Source: Marsupella aquatica (Eukaryota; Plantae; Marchantiophyta). From it: a stretch of DNA of 64,000 bases. Below the pieces are notes generated by a model, which was not told where the DNA came from, did no database searches, and saw only the letters and a list, made by a program, of their open reading frames with translations. Positions 1 to 11,534 of this stretch are shown piece by piece. How positions within the stretch are numbered: position 1 is the stretch's first letter; every line of letters starts with the position of its first letter. The position numbers were made by a program, and so were the translations under genes. The stretch spans positions 23,062,709-23,126,708 of the forward strand of contig OZ316894.1 in assembly GCA_973895155.1 (NCBI GenBank), in the 5' to 3' direction.

Positions 1-444
1 GTCTTGCCGCATAGGAGAGTGGCAGCTGGAGGCAAGTCTACGACAGGCAGAGACGGGGAAATTGCAGCTTGTGAGACTCGTTTGAGAAGCAGGCTGTCCT
101 ACTGTACTGCTGGACCTGGCCAGCCGCAGTTCTAATGTCGTTTTACTGTAGAATGTGTTCCAGTCAGAGACAATCTTGTAATCCTGCGTATTGCGAGTTC
201 ATGTGCATGTTGCAAGTTCATGTACAATCTTGTAGTACTGCATATTGTTAGGCTCGTTCACTGAACTATTTACTTTTTACTGAGGAACTCTAGCAGACTT
301 TTCAGTTCTCCATTCACTAGAGTGTTAGTCTTCACGGCTCTTTTGTAGGTTACCTTTTGGTCCTTGTTCTGTTGTAGTTAGCACTCGGTAGGCTTGGGAT
401 CTCGCTAGAATTTGATTCCACAGAATCAAAATGCTACCATTTTC

Positions 445-3400
445 TAGGAGTGCAAGTAACTGTCGAGAGAATACATTCTCTTCTCTGCACGAGAGGTCGC
501 CATAATTATATACTCTACAGGTAGCGACTCTTTGACAAAACTCTTCAGAAGGAAGTCTCTACTGCAGTCATAATTGTCGTCAACTCCATTTTCCAACAAA
601 CATTCCTTCCCCAGTTGGCCATGTTGGGAGTGGCTCCCACAGTCGATTATCATGAAGTTTCTGTCAGTAAGCTTCCGTGAATTCCCAATCTGCAGCTTCC
701 ATTCAGTACTTGACGATTCTGACAAACAGACCTGATTGATTTAGATGGAATTAATTCAATTGACAAAATTGACAAAACTGATTCGGATTTGATTGTAACG
801 AGATTGACTGGAATCAAAGAATTGCACCTCAATAGAAACTCGTCCGGACGTGTTCGTACAAGTCTATGGACGTTGCAGAAATTTCTATCTAAATTCCCGA
901 CATTGCTGCTGAATCAAGAATTGTTGAGCTTTCTACTTGAAGGGTTTGGACTTATTGTATTTATCTATCATTACCAACTAAAAAGCAGCCCAATCCCTGA
1001 GTGGGTAATTTCTTCAAAGTGTAGTTGATAGTAAGGTGTCAACTATTGTATAATCTCTTCCCTATACAGATCCGTAACCCAAAAACCCCGTTCCTAAAAT
1101 CAGGAGTTTCTGAAATCCAAAATGTGGATAGCGTTCCTAAAATACACAGTTTCTGAAATCCTGATAGCGTTTGGGACAACGGATTCAAGCAGCACTAAAC
1201 CAGGTGTTGCATTCCTTGATAAGAGCACACCCCTTAAAAGTGCACTTGTTTGATAAGTGTACATGATGTATACCACTGTTAAATGTGCCCTTTGTGACTG
1301 CGCAGCCTCGTACTTTGTATCCTTGCCCTAAATTATGTGTCCAAACTCCCTAAGGGCATTTTTACCTCTACACAGAATGGGCATGCAGTAATCAGTGGAT
1401 GCAATTTATTGGATCGTGCATTTACCGATAAGTGCATATTGACGCTTATCAAGGGTAAGGGCTTAGAAAGTTGTCTGGCCCAGTTGGTACCTCCTAGCTC
1501 TTAGGTTTACTACTAGTCCGCAATCCCTAGTGTCTTCGGAGGTCCTTGAGAAGACTTGGGAATCCTGAGGGAGATCACACAACTTGTGTGTGGGAGACAG
1601 AGCTCTTCAAAGGAATATTTTACTGAAAAAGGAAACATCACAAACTATGCTATAGTTGCACAAATCTCTAATTGCAGCTTCGGCGATTCTTCACTCGCAA
1701 CTTCCCAGCCTCTGAAATTGGATCGACACACTCATCAAACAGTCGATGAGAATTTGCGGCAATGTTGACAATAGGGCATACCTACCTACTTAACGTAGAA
1801 ACTCATTTTCAAAGCATGGTGTGAGCTGTATTCGGATTATCCAATTGTGAAATTGCATCTTTCTCACCAAATCTCAATCCTGCCGTCAGTTGGCAGTAGG
1901 GCAGGCACCACATTTTCACCCGATGCAATGTCAGTAACTCAGCAGGTGCAGTACGTAGGTAAGCAATGCAATCTCCCACTCGTTGATGCCCACAACAAGA
2001 AGTGCAGGACATGAACTCGTCAAGAAAAAGCTAGAATTACTGAACAATATGGCATCTGCTCAAGTCCATCCATCTGCTCAAGTCCATCTGAATTTGCCCG
2101 ACATACCTTTTTCCTCTTCCACATAGTCGAAGGAAAAGTTGACAGTTCCTCCTGAACTGCACCTGATAAGAGAGCATGGCACCATGATGACGACCATCCT
2201 TTTTGTCTGGCAACTAACAAGGGAGTCCAAATCGCAGCCGTCGCATGCATGTGGAAAAAGTGCACCAGAATTGCACCAAATAAGAGTTGGACGAGCTGTC
2301 ACTTCCACCGATGGTCCGAGAGGAGTAGCACAAGGCTCCAACTTTGGGAGAAAAGGGTGGAGGAATTAGAGCTGCAATAGCTGCTGTTGTGGCATATGCC
2401 ATTGATGTCACAACATAAACAGAGGCAGGCCGCGACACGGAGGTTTACTCGACAGGTGCTGCCCAGGTGCTGCCCTTATTAGAACGGGAACTCTCCACCT
2501 CAATTACCATATGACAACCCTGTATGGAGGGTTTCCAAATGTTGCATCTCGAGGTGTCAGTTCGGATTGTGGCAATGAGGAGGATGAGTTTGTCACACAC
2601 AATGGAAGTGAGGTGCATTGGGACAAAATTGGGCAATCCTCACTGGTACAAAGTATTCACTGCCTTCCGGGTTGAGTAAACATGAAAATTTGCGTTGGAA
2701 GTTCTTGCAGATGCTGACCAAACGTTTGTCTCCATAACGCAGATGACTCTTGAAGAGCAAAGTTCTACTCCAGCTTTCTCTTCTCGAATTTGCCTATGTT
2801 ATCTGGTGTCTCTACGACCGTCTACCTAGCCTCAGACAAATTCTCAAAAGATATCCTTACTTTCTCCTGACTCGAGACAATCAATTTTCAATGTGGAACG
2901 ACGTAGGGCTCAGTAGACTTGGAAGCTCGCTAGAATTGGATACGATAGGATGAAAACGCTAATAATTCTCTCATAATGCATTTTTAATTCTGGAGAGAAA
3001 ACATGCTCTTCTCTGCACGGGAGGTTGCCATAATTATATACTCTACAGGCAGCGACTCTCTCACGAAACCCGACAGTAGGAAGTGCCTGCCGCAACCATC
3101 ATTGTCTTCAAATTCCATTTTCCAACAAAACATTATTTGCCCAGTCGGCCATGTTAGCAGGATCCTACTGTCGACCATTGTGAAACTTCCATCAGTAAGC
3201 GTCCCTAGTGATGAATTCCCAATCTGCAGCTTCCATCCAGTACTTGATGTTTTTGACAAACAGCATAATTGGTTTGAATTCAATGAATTTGACAAAATTA
3301 ACAAACCTGATTTACACGTACGTTGAAGTCAATGAAATTGACGAAATTGACAAACCTGATTTGATCACACGTATTTGATTGAAACAAGATGACTCGAATA

Positions 3401-3800
3401 GAAAAAAGGACCGATAGAATTGACATATTTTATTGAGATGAAATTGCTTGGAATGAAAAGGAATGGACGGATGGAGTTGACGTAATTGGTTGAAACATAG
3501 AGAGGAGCATGATTCTTGATCCATGAGTAGACTCTTGGAAATAGAAAGTTCGTTCCGACAAGTTCGTTCAAGTCTATGCACATTGCAGACATTTCTATCT
3601 TAGCTCCCGACATTGCTCCTGAATCAAGAATCTTTGTAGTTCACCAAAAAAATCGCACCCACACTGCAAGCCAATTGTCTAGAGTTCGAATCAATGACCT
3701 GCGCTTATGCAAAGGAATGCCTTTGGTAGGCTCGTCTGAGAAGACCTACTGTAGCTCATCGCCGCAGCAAATGAACACTCTTGTGATCCGGACTTGAGAT
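445..3800 (+). pseudogene. Heavily decayed LRR-like coding remnant; part of the segmentally duplicated unit (homologous to ~41820-45310 and partly ~32690-33300 and ~45330-45660)
   Basis: Long near-identical stretches recur at 41.8-45.3 kb. Short plus-strand pieces read like LRR units (TRLTGIKELHLNRN; SIQYLTIL; KLTKLTNL), but with many stops and frameshifts. Boundaries are approximate and the family call is tentative. Confidence 0.4.
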
Positions 3801-6608
3801 GCAATTATAAATGCCACGCCACCCCAACTTCCGCAAGGCTTGACGCTAGACACGAATCTTTTTGTTTTTTCAGACAAAATATATAAACTGCAAAGGAACA
3901 AGAAGCCCAACGGGGAGACATGATCCCGAAGGGGAGAAGACCCATCAAGGGAAGGCAAGCACAAAGCCAAGAGGCCAGATAAAGCACTACAGAACAAACC
4001 CAGAACAAGAGACCTAATACCCTACCTAAAACCCTATCTGTGGGCTACGAAGAGCCTGGGTAGTCTGGTTCAAAACCTTCGTAGTAGAGTTCAGTGTCAG
4101 ATGTTTCAGTCTTACTGCTGTGTTCGAATTTCCGAGTACAGTCCCTCGATTCTATCCATCCACCAAATGCAGTTCTTATCCGGATTTTCCTCCTGACCCT
4201 CCTGATTTTCTTCCTGACCCTCTGGACTTTCCTTGTGACCCTCGCAAAATTAATTCCCCTTTGGAGAAAAACAGATGATACATCATACATTTTCCTGACC
4301 CACCGGGATCTAGGAAAAATAATACCAAGCAATCGAATAAACAGCAGCAGAAACCCTATCAGACACGTTGCTCCACCTATGGAAGCTGTGATAATTGTCA
4401 AATCTCCTCCAAGTGATGATATACCATTGGCACTTATCACAACAATAGAACCTGCAGCAAAAGCTAAGAGTATACAAACAATGGATGGGAAAAGGGTTGC
4501 AACTGCCAAGATGATCATCCCACGAGTTCTTTCTAATTCGGCTGCCATTGGCTGTTGTGGCATTGGAAGCACAGGAATCAGAGAAAAAGTAATGGCAGCA
4601 ATTGCTAGATAGAAGGACAGTGTATCACAAACAATAAAAATTCTGACCCATATGTACCTGGCTTGAATTTGATTAGGCCCATCTCCACTACCATAGCCAA
4701 GTGGGGGTTGCAATGGTCCCACGTATGATGCTGTTGCAACCAATGTTGCCATGACTGAGATTGCATTTGTAGCAAAACTCATGCCAGTTTGACTTGCACT
4801 AAACTCCTTCAATTGCCTGTTGTACCACCATGAAACGAACTTCTCGTTGGTGCTCAAGCTACCTTTTGGATATGGAGCTTGCCCATCCTCGTCTACTTTG
4901 AAGAGATCACATCCACACTGCAACAAGAGATTGATGCATCCTTGTCTCTCAACAATGGTATTCTCATATGCTGGAGGCCCCAGATAATTTGGTCTAATGT
5001 ACTTGACATTCACAAAGTCAAGTAAATGACCCTCAATTCTGATATCTTGGGGGTCCAAGACAGCATGAAGAACAGTGCCTTCTTGGTTGTCTTCAATGTA
5101 TGGATCACATATTTTGCACTCTATAAACGCTGTCAAGAGCTGTTACCAGATCTTGCAGCCATATGAATGGTTGGCCAAGTAACACGACCAGAATTCCTTT
5201 CATGTGGCCATTCTCCAGCTAGCCATCCATACTGAGAAATTTTCTCCCGGCCAGGATATTGAAGTGGTTTCCAGAGTCCAAGCCATCCATACTTAGAATT
5301 TCTTCCCCCATCAGAATTTTGCCCTCTTTTTTGGAGGCCCTGTTCAGCAGACTAGAACACAAGATCTCACAGGTTCATTATTACATTCAGCATGGATAAA
5401 AACTTCAGGAAATCATGCACTAAACTTTAGACCCTGTGTATGGTTTTAATTGAATGACAATCTCCGAATATGAAAGAATTTACAAAGAATGCGCCATTTG
5501 CAACTGGTCACATAGCCCAAAAAATGTCAACGATAATAACTTGAAAGAGCAATCACAGTCCCTCAAAACTGCAATAACCAAGAGTGGAAGAGTGGATAAA
5601 GGTCTGGTCCTCACATGAAGTCCTCTCACCGTCCCCACTTGGCCTCTCAGAGTCGCAAGCTCTAACGTATCTACGGTGCTGTCATTGATGCGGTAACCGG
5701 TGCCACATAGCGACAAATGGAAGGGAGTATCTTGTGGGGAGAATGTCGCACTTCCGTAATGGATTAATCCGGTCTCGTGCATAATTGCGCTATGGAGAGG
5801 GGTTGTAAGATCAATTTCTCTCCCGCGTCCAAAGCCATTCTCTGCAGAGACAGTATTCGAATTGAGATCCATATCTATCCCTCGCCGTTGCAAACAGATA
5901 ACGGGATCCTTCATTGGCTGTTGCCAAAGCGTTCGGTTAGCGTAGGTATTTCTTTTCAGGTCAAAAAATTCGGGATTCTGCCTCCCGCACGCGGAGGCCA
6001 ACCACAGGTGCATATCTAGGAGCTCCGTATGCTGGTCGCTTAGTACGATATGTCGGTGCCAAGCCGTTCGCCCTAAACCATCACGTAGCGTCATTGCAAA
6101 TCCAAAGACTCTTAGTTGATCGGTCAGTGGGAAATTATGTATAAGATAATACCGATCTACAGGGAGGTTACTGGCGTGTAACCTGCCCGACCAAGTTCCG
6201 ACCCTGACTCGACCGGCGTAGCCGGGAGAGTTTGGGGAGGAACAGGGGAGGGCCGGTTGAACGCTAGTAACAACCGTTAGATCGGGATTACCATACGTAA
6301 TCTAGGGTCAGTGATTATCTTACTGGCTACTAACGGTACAACCAATGACGTCCAAGCAAAGAAGAGACATTCAAAAAAGAGTGTGTAGCCGTGACGGGAT
6401 GAGCACGACGTTCAATTCATTTTTTGAGGTGAGACTAGGATTGCAAGGCTGAGGCGCTGGCGGGGCAAGATTTGAAATCAATTGCAACTTGTTGAGCATG
6501 GTTCGCAGAGAAGCGCTGCCGGGCACAAAATTCAAATTTCCTCTTCGTGCTACGAGATACAGCCTGCTGAATTGCTTCCATTTAGTGTTCAAGCATTCTG
6601 AGGTTGCG

Positions 6609-9600
6609 ATGAGTGTTCTCTCTTACAAGACATTTGCAAAAGACAATTGGAGTCAATGCAATGATCACTTGATGAAGGTCTTGGAGAGTTTCGCTTATCC
6701 ATATCAGTCATTTCAGATCATATCGAAATCTGTCCAGAGAGTTATGGTTGCCAAGATCGAAGATGATGCTGCACAGACAGAAGATGATGGAGCAGATTCG
6801 CAAGAGTCAGATGACTTGGAGATGCGCCTTCTTGATGAGCTTGCAGGCGAGCTTGAGACGGAACATGTTCCTGATTTATTTGCTGATTTACCTCAATTTG
6901 ATGGATGTACTGTTGTCATTCCCGCTCATCAGAATGCAGATACTTCAGAGGAAAGGATTTACGTTGCACAAGGTGAAGGATCAATTTCCACTGTCGTCAG
7001 TATTCCAGGACTGAGAGATGTTGCTGATCCTGTATTGGTGGAGGCTAGTCGTGGAAAAGAGAAACAGCCTTCTGAACACAACGATCGATGGGCAATGAGG
7101 CGAGCTGATCAGCTCCGATCAGCCATGCATTGGGATATGTCACTTCCTATAGGGGACCTGCCCTTAGTTTAGCTCGATGAACTCTTCAGTCACTTGTTTT
7201 TGAGGGCTGTAAAGGTAGATGGATTACCATATCCCAGCTCGACTCTAATGAACATGATGAATGGCCTAAATCGAATCATTCGACGTGCCAGCATTATTCG
7301 AGCTCTGAATGGTACCACAGAAGGTTTGGTTGAGCCAAATTTCAACATCAATTCGCATTCGGCCTTCACCAAAACTCGATTGGTTCTCAGGGCAGCAATA
7401 AAGAAGTCTGCACGAGATGGCGTAAATAAAAAACGAAAGCAGGCAAGTATTTAATCTACCGGCATTTGTTTGAGAATATCTATCAGTATTCATTTCTTGA
7501 TTTGAGAAGGTCGTAATCTGTGAGTTCTCCGGTGTGCAGGTTCAGATTATTACTGAGGAGATGGAAACGACTGTGTTTGCCGACATCGACCATCAGATTA
7601 CCAGTCCACATGGCTGCCAGAAATGACTCGCATTTTATTGTCTCTGTCATCTTGGAATAAGAGGTGGTGGCGAACTGTGGAATTTGCAACGAAAGGATTT
7701 GAGAATTGAGGTGAACAAAATCGGACAGGAGTACGTGAGGTAACTCTACTGCTTTCCTCCAAACAATTGCCTATCCAAGCACTATTCTATCTCCCCGCCA
7801 AGAACCTGCGATTTTGATCTGTCTTTTACGGGATGCCTAAACCCCATCTCTCCCCCTCTATGTCGGCACAATTTCAGATCGAAGGCTGCGACCCTTTTCC
7901 TCGCATTAAACCTCTGCCACTACCCGTAGTGCCGGCCGCTCCTGAACGAAAGGAGAGTCACCGCTCGAAGGGCACAGTTGGACATGGATTTGCTTCAGCT
8001 GGGGTAAGGAATTCTCTAGAAACAAAGTGAAGTCTACGACTCTTTTTTTTGCGTAAATGAGCCAATGATTGCTTCGAGTACCCCTCTCATCGCGCACTCA
8101 AAGCAGGAATTCTACATGAGTCAAGTACCCATTCGCATGACTATTTTGCGACAGTGAGTCGACTTTGTTGAGCAGAGAAAGTGCAATTTGACTTTGCTTG
8201 CAGAGAAAGTGCAATTCGACTCAGTCCTGATTCAAGTAAGCTTACCAAGTAAGAGTCCATTAAGAGCTTTGTGTGGGCGAGGCCCGCCTGCTTTGCCCCA
8301 TCAAGTCCTCCTCCCTGTTTGTTTAGGGTTCCGTTTATTAGATGGGGTTTGTTTATTTTGGACGACAAGCATGTTTCTGGCCTGCCTACAGACTTTTTTG
8401 TGTTCGTGAGCTCGCTCCTTCATCTTTCTCAGCTATTGTCGTATCGAACATCAGCTGAGTGTGATCGCTTGTAATGGCTCGCGATCCTACCAAATAATAA
8501 TGGTTCATAGCAGCAACAGCGAAGCTCATATTCATCCCTTGTGAATGGTTAACAGTGTGCTAAGCGGTACTTTGTGAGTTAATTGTTACTCATTTGTCAA
8601 GTCATTGAAGTGAACATTGATGCATGCACTTATCAACTTTGTTGTTTTTGTGGTGTCTGCTCAGGTTTGAAGAGCGAGAGTCCAAAAACAACAACTATAC
8701 TCTAAGTCGTTATAATGAGGAGCAGTTTCGAAACTTGTACCACTCGTTTGAGCCAGATTTTGTGTTGTGCGTCAAGCAGTACTGGCGACACCTGCCAGTA
8801 GAGGATCTAGTTGAAACTAAGCCAGATTTGTTTCTAGGTCCAATTACTAACCCAGCTGGCATTGCTTGGTATAATAGAATGACCAAGGTCGGTTGAGACC
8901 GAGCTGCTAATTGGTTAAAGACCATGCTGCAGCTTGTTGGCCTGCCGACAGATTTGTTCACAAACAAGAGTGGGCGAGCTACTCTTATTAAGCGGATGGC
9001 TTCTCGTGGCGTACCTGATGAGGTGGGTATGATGATCTCAGGTCATCATACTGTTGATGGCTATCAGAGGTACGACCGAACCAAACTCTTGAAAATGGAA
9101 GCAACAACTCTTGTTTCTGCAAGACCTGATTTGAATTACGAGACTGCACTTACAGAGGTATCTAAGCGGTTTGTGGAAGACGACGTGATTGGATGCTCGA
9201 AAACATTGAATCCACTGATTGGGCCAATGGTTATCCCTTTACTGCAACATTTGAGTGGAACCACGTTGCCTCCCATCATCTGCAAGGACATCACTGGAAG
9301 TTTTAAATCGACAAGCAACACCAACACGATGCAGGTAGAGGCTCCGATAGTTTTTGGTCAATTGTGTGTTCATTTGTTGGTCGAATGTGTGTGGACTGTT
9401 TTTGAGCTTTTATCACAGGAGAGAAATGTTGTCGATAATTCAAAGAAGGCCCAGGAGAATGTGCCGACTGCAAATGTTGTGCAGTGGCATAAGGAGCACA
9501 TTGAAGAAGTCTCCAAGTGGCATAAGGAGGCTGATGACATCAATTTTGAGGCGTACTTGGCAGAGAATCCTACTACTGCAAAACATTTTAGAGGATCAAG

Positions 9601-9730
9601 TAGCTCTCAGGTTTACGGAGGAAGTAGCATGAGTGGTAACCAGTTCCAGCATTGTACGATTAACATCATTTGTGGGAACAAGAAAGATGATGATGACAAC
9701 AAGGAGAATGTTAGAAACGGTCAATCATAG
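6609..9730 (+). pseudogene. Spliced DUF3504/Crypton-type tyrosine recombinase with 3 premature stops
   Basis: Exons are ~6609-7442 (GC donor CAG|GCAAGT), 7540-7739 and 8665-~9334, plus a probable 9418-9730. Motifs: LFLRAVKVDGLPYPSSTL...GLNRII, KKRKQ|VQIITEEME, LGIRGGGEL (catalytic R), ESKNN (K), FTNKSGRAT (HxxR-like, K for H), ISGHHTVDGYQRY (GH...Y). In-frame stops: TAG 7170, TGA 7624, TGA 8894. The start codon is uncertain. Confidence 0.82.
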
Positions 9731-10171
9731 AGTTAGAAACACAGAAAATTACATTTAGATCAGCACGGATCTTGTTGATCTCGTGACTTCAGTTTTTCGA
9801 TGTAAATCTTAAGGATGTTGATCCCCTGAACAAGGATCATTATTTGATGATTCGATGAATAAAGTGACAATGTATTTTCCTCAGACGAAAGCTTTTGCGT
9901 AAATGGATATTGTGTGGAGTCTGTTGTTGCAGTCTGGCATCTGCATGGTCGCGTCGCTTCACTCAAACCTGCTAAAATTGCTGCCATGTGTCCTCTGATA
10001 TGACTGGTGCCGTCTAATGTCACCGTGTAGTTTATAGAACGGTGGGATAATATTCTCAGACGGTGAGGAATATGCCACTTCTAGTGACACGTTATGACTT
10101 TCTACAGGGGCATTATGCATGTCTGGAGGGGGGTTGCGGGTGTCTGTAGGGAAGATTATGGGAATGGAGGG

Positions 10172-10199
10172 TACCGACGGGAAACTGTGCCCGTCGGTA
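10172..10199. other. Perfect subterminal inverted repeat TACCGACGGG-8 nt-CCCGTCGGTA near the right end of the YR element
   Basis: The 10-bp arms are at 10172-10181 and 10190-10199; the spacer is AAACTGTG. Confidence 0.9.
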
Positions 10200-11534
10200 A
10201 GGTAAGCACTAACCCTAGGTTACGGTACAGCTCCCAGAAAGCGAGTTCTGACCTCTTATCCACCGCGACATGAAATGGGGTTCTCCCCTGCGCATCAGGG
10301 AGCTTCAAGAGTGACTGCCAAAGAGGGTCTTCCCCTGGTGGAGTCTGGTACTCCCAAACCTGCCGCCACAAGCACTTTAGAATGAGCTGAGCTGCTTTTC
10401 TCGAAGAAGGGCCCCATCGGTCCCCCTGACGTAGGATGGTGAACAGAAAGTGAAACAGGTACTCTGATACTCGCTCTTTCCCTAGATCAAAATCCCAGAA
10501 GAGAAAATTGAATTCTCGGTCGTTCCTCCACGTATCGAAGATTCTTTGGCAGACTCTCAGAGAACGAGAGTCTCCTTTGATCCTCTCAACAACTCCTTCC
10601 GTGATTTTTCTTAGTTGGTCCCTCTGGAGGTCAATCATGGAAACACTCCGTGTCTTGGGCCCAATCCGGGAAGCGCTCGGTGTCTTGGTTAAGAGTAAAG
10701 CAAGGACATCAAGGTTTCCGTTTACTAGTGCCACTGCCCGTGCGTCCAATTCGCGAGCGGGACCAGAGTACAAATACTTTGCACGTAACAGTTCATCAAA
10801 GTCGAGGACTGGGCGTGCTTTGATTTCGTCAACTTCGCTATCCAGCAAGGCAAGATCATTGGCCAAGCTTAAGAGATGGCTACTAGTACCTTTGTCCGGT
10901 GCCACGCGAATAGCAGCATCTTCAGAATGAAAAGAATCAGCACCATTGTTTTCGATCTTACTGTCTGCCTTAGTGTGAAACTCATCTGGGGCTCCTGTGG
11001 ATGCGTCTTCGTTGCCACTTGAAGCACTGATTTCTTCGTCTGTTGAAAACTCAACACTTTGCTTATCCTTTTCTGACCTGCCACCGAGGTTGTCTTCTCC
11101 CTTGTAGAACTTGACAACTTGCTCCACGATTTCGATGCAGCCTCTGCTTGCACCCAGATGAAGCACAGCTAACGCCCGGTCTTTCAAGAGGCTCGAATCA
11201 TCTTTCAAGAGCCGCATGACTTTAATACAATCGCCAGCCAAGTCCTTGAGTTCCGCATCAAGTTTGTCCTTCAGCGAGTTACCACCGGTGCGTTCTTCCG
11301 GATCTGTATCCAGATGAAGCACAGCTGCCCGCCGGTCGTTCAAGAGGCTAGAATCCTCTTTCAAAGGCCGCATGATTTCGAGTAGACAATCGTCATCCCA
11401 GTCCTTGAGGTCAGTGTCCATTTCGTCCTTCAGCGCCTCGCGACCCGTGCGTTCTTGCGAATCTGCCATGGATTCTGTAGAAATGGAGTGGAAGAAAATT
11501 CTGTGTCGTGAGGAGAGGGCTCACTTGGGACCCC

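Larger units (their letters stand above)
6172..10223 (+). mobile_element. Crypton-like (DUF3504 tyrosine recombinase) DNA transposon inserted in the ANK-PGG gene
   Basis: The segment is absent from both paralogs. A 7-bp direct repeat AGGTTAC lies at 6165-6171 and 10217-10223. Removing 6172-10223 restores the host frame (...AFWELYRNLPVDRYY...). It encodes a YR. No RT, DDE transposase or long terminal repeats were seen. Confidence 0.85.
4045..11469 (-). pseudogene. Ankyrin-repeat/PGG-type transmembrane protein gene, copy 1, disrupted
   Basis: Collinear with the intact paralogs. Exon 1 runs 11469-5615 and is split by the insertion at 6172-10223; it contains the ankyrin motif DAQGRTPFHVAV. The intron has a GT donor at 5614 and an AG acceptor before 5339. 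Exon 2 is 5339-4045, with ATLVATASYVGPLQPPLGY plus ~4 TM helices. Exon 2 lacks 4 bp (TATG) near 5141 relative to copy 3, giving GGT AAC AGC TCT TGA. Confidence 0.88.

Noticed and set aside
6172-10223. Helitron (hairpin followed by CTAG at 10215-10218) or DIRS retroelement
   Set aside because: There is no 5' TC, no A|T insertion site and no Rep/helicase, RT or RNase H. The encoded protein is a YR and the boundary extends beyond CTAG.
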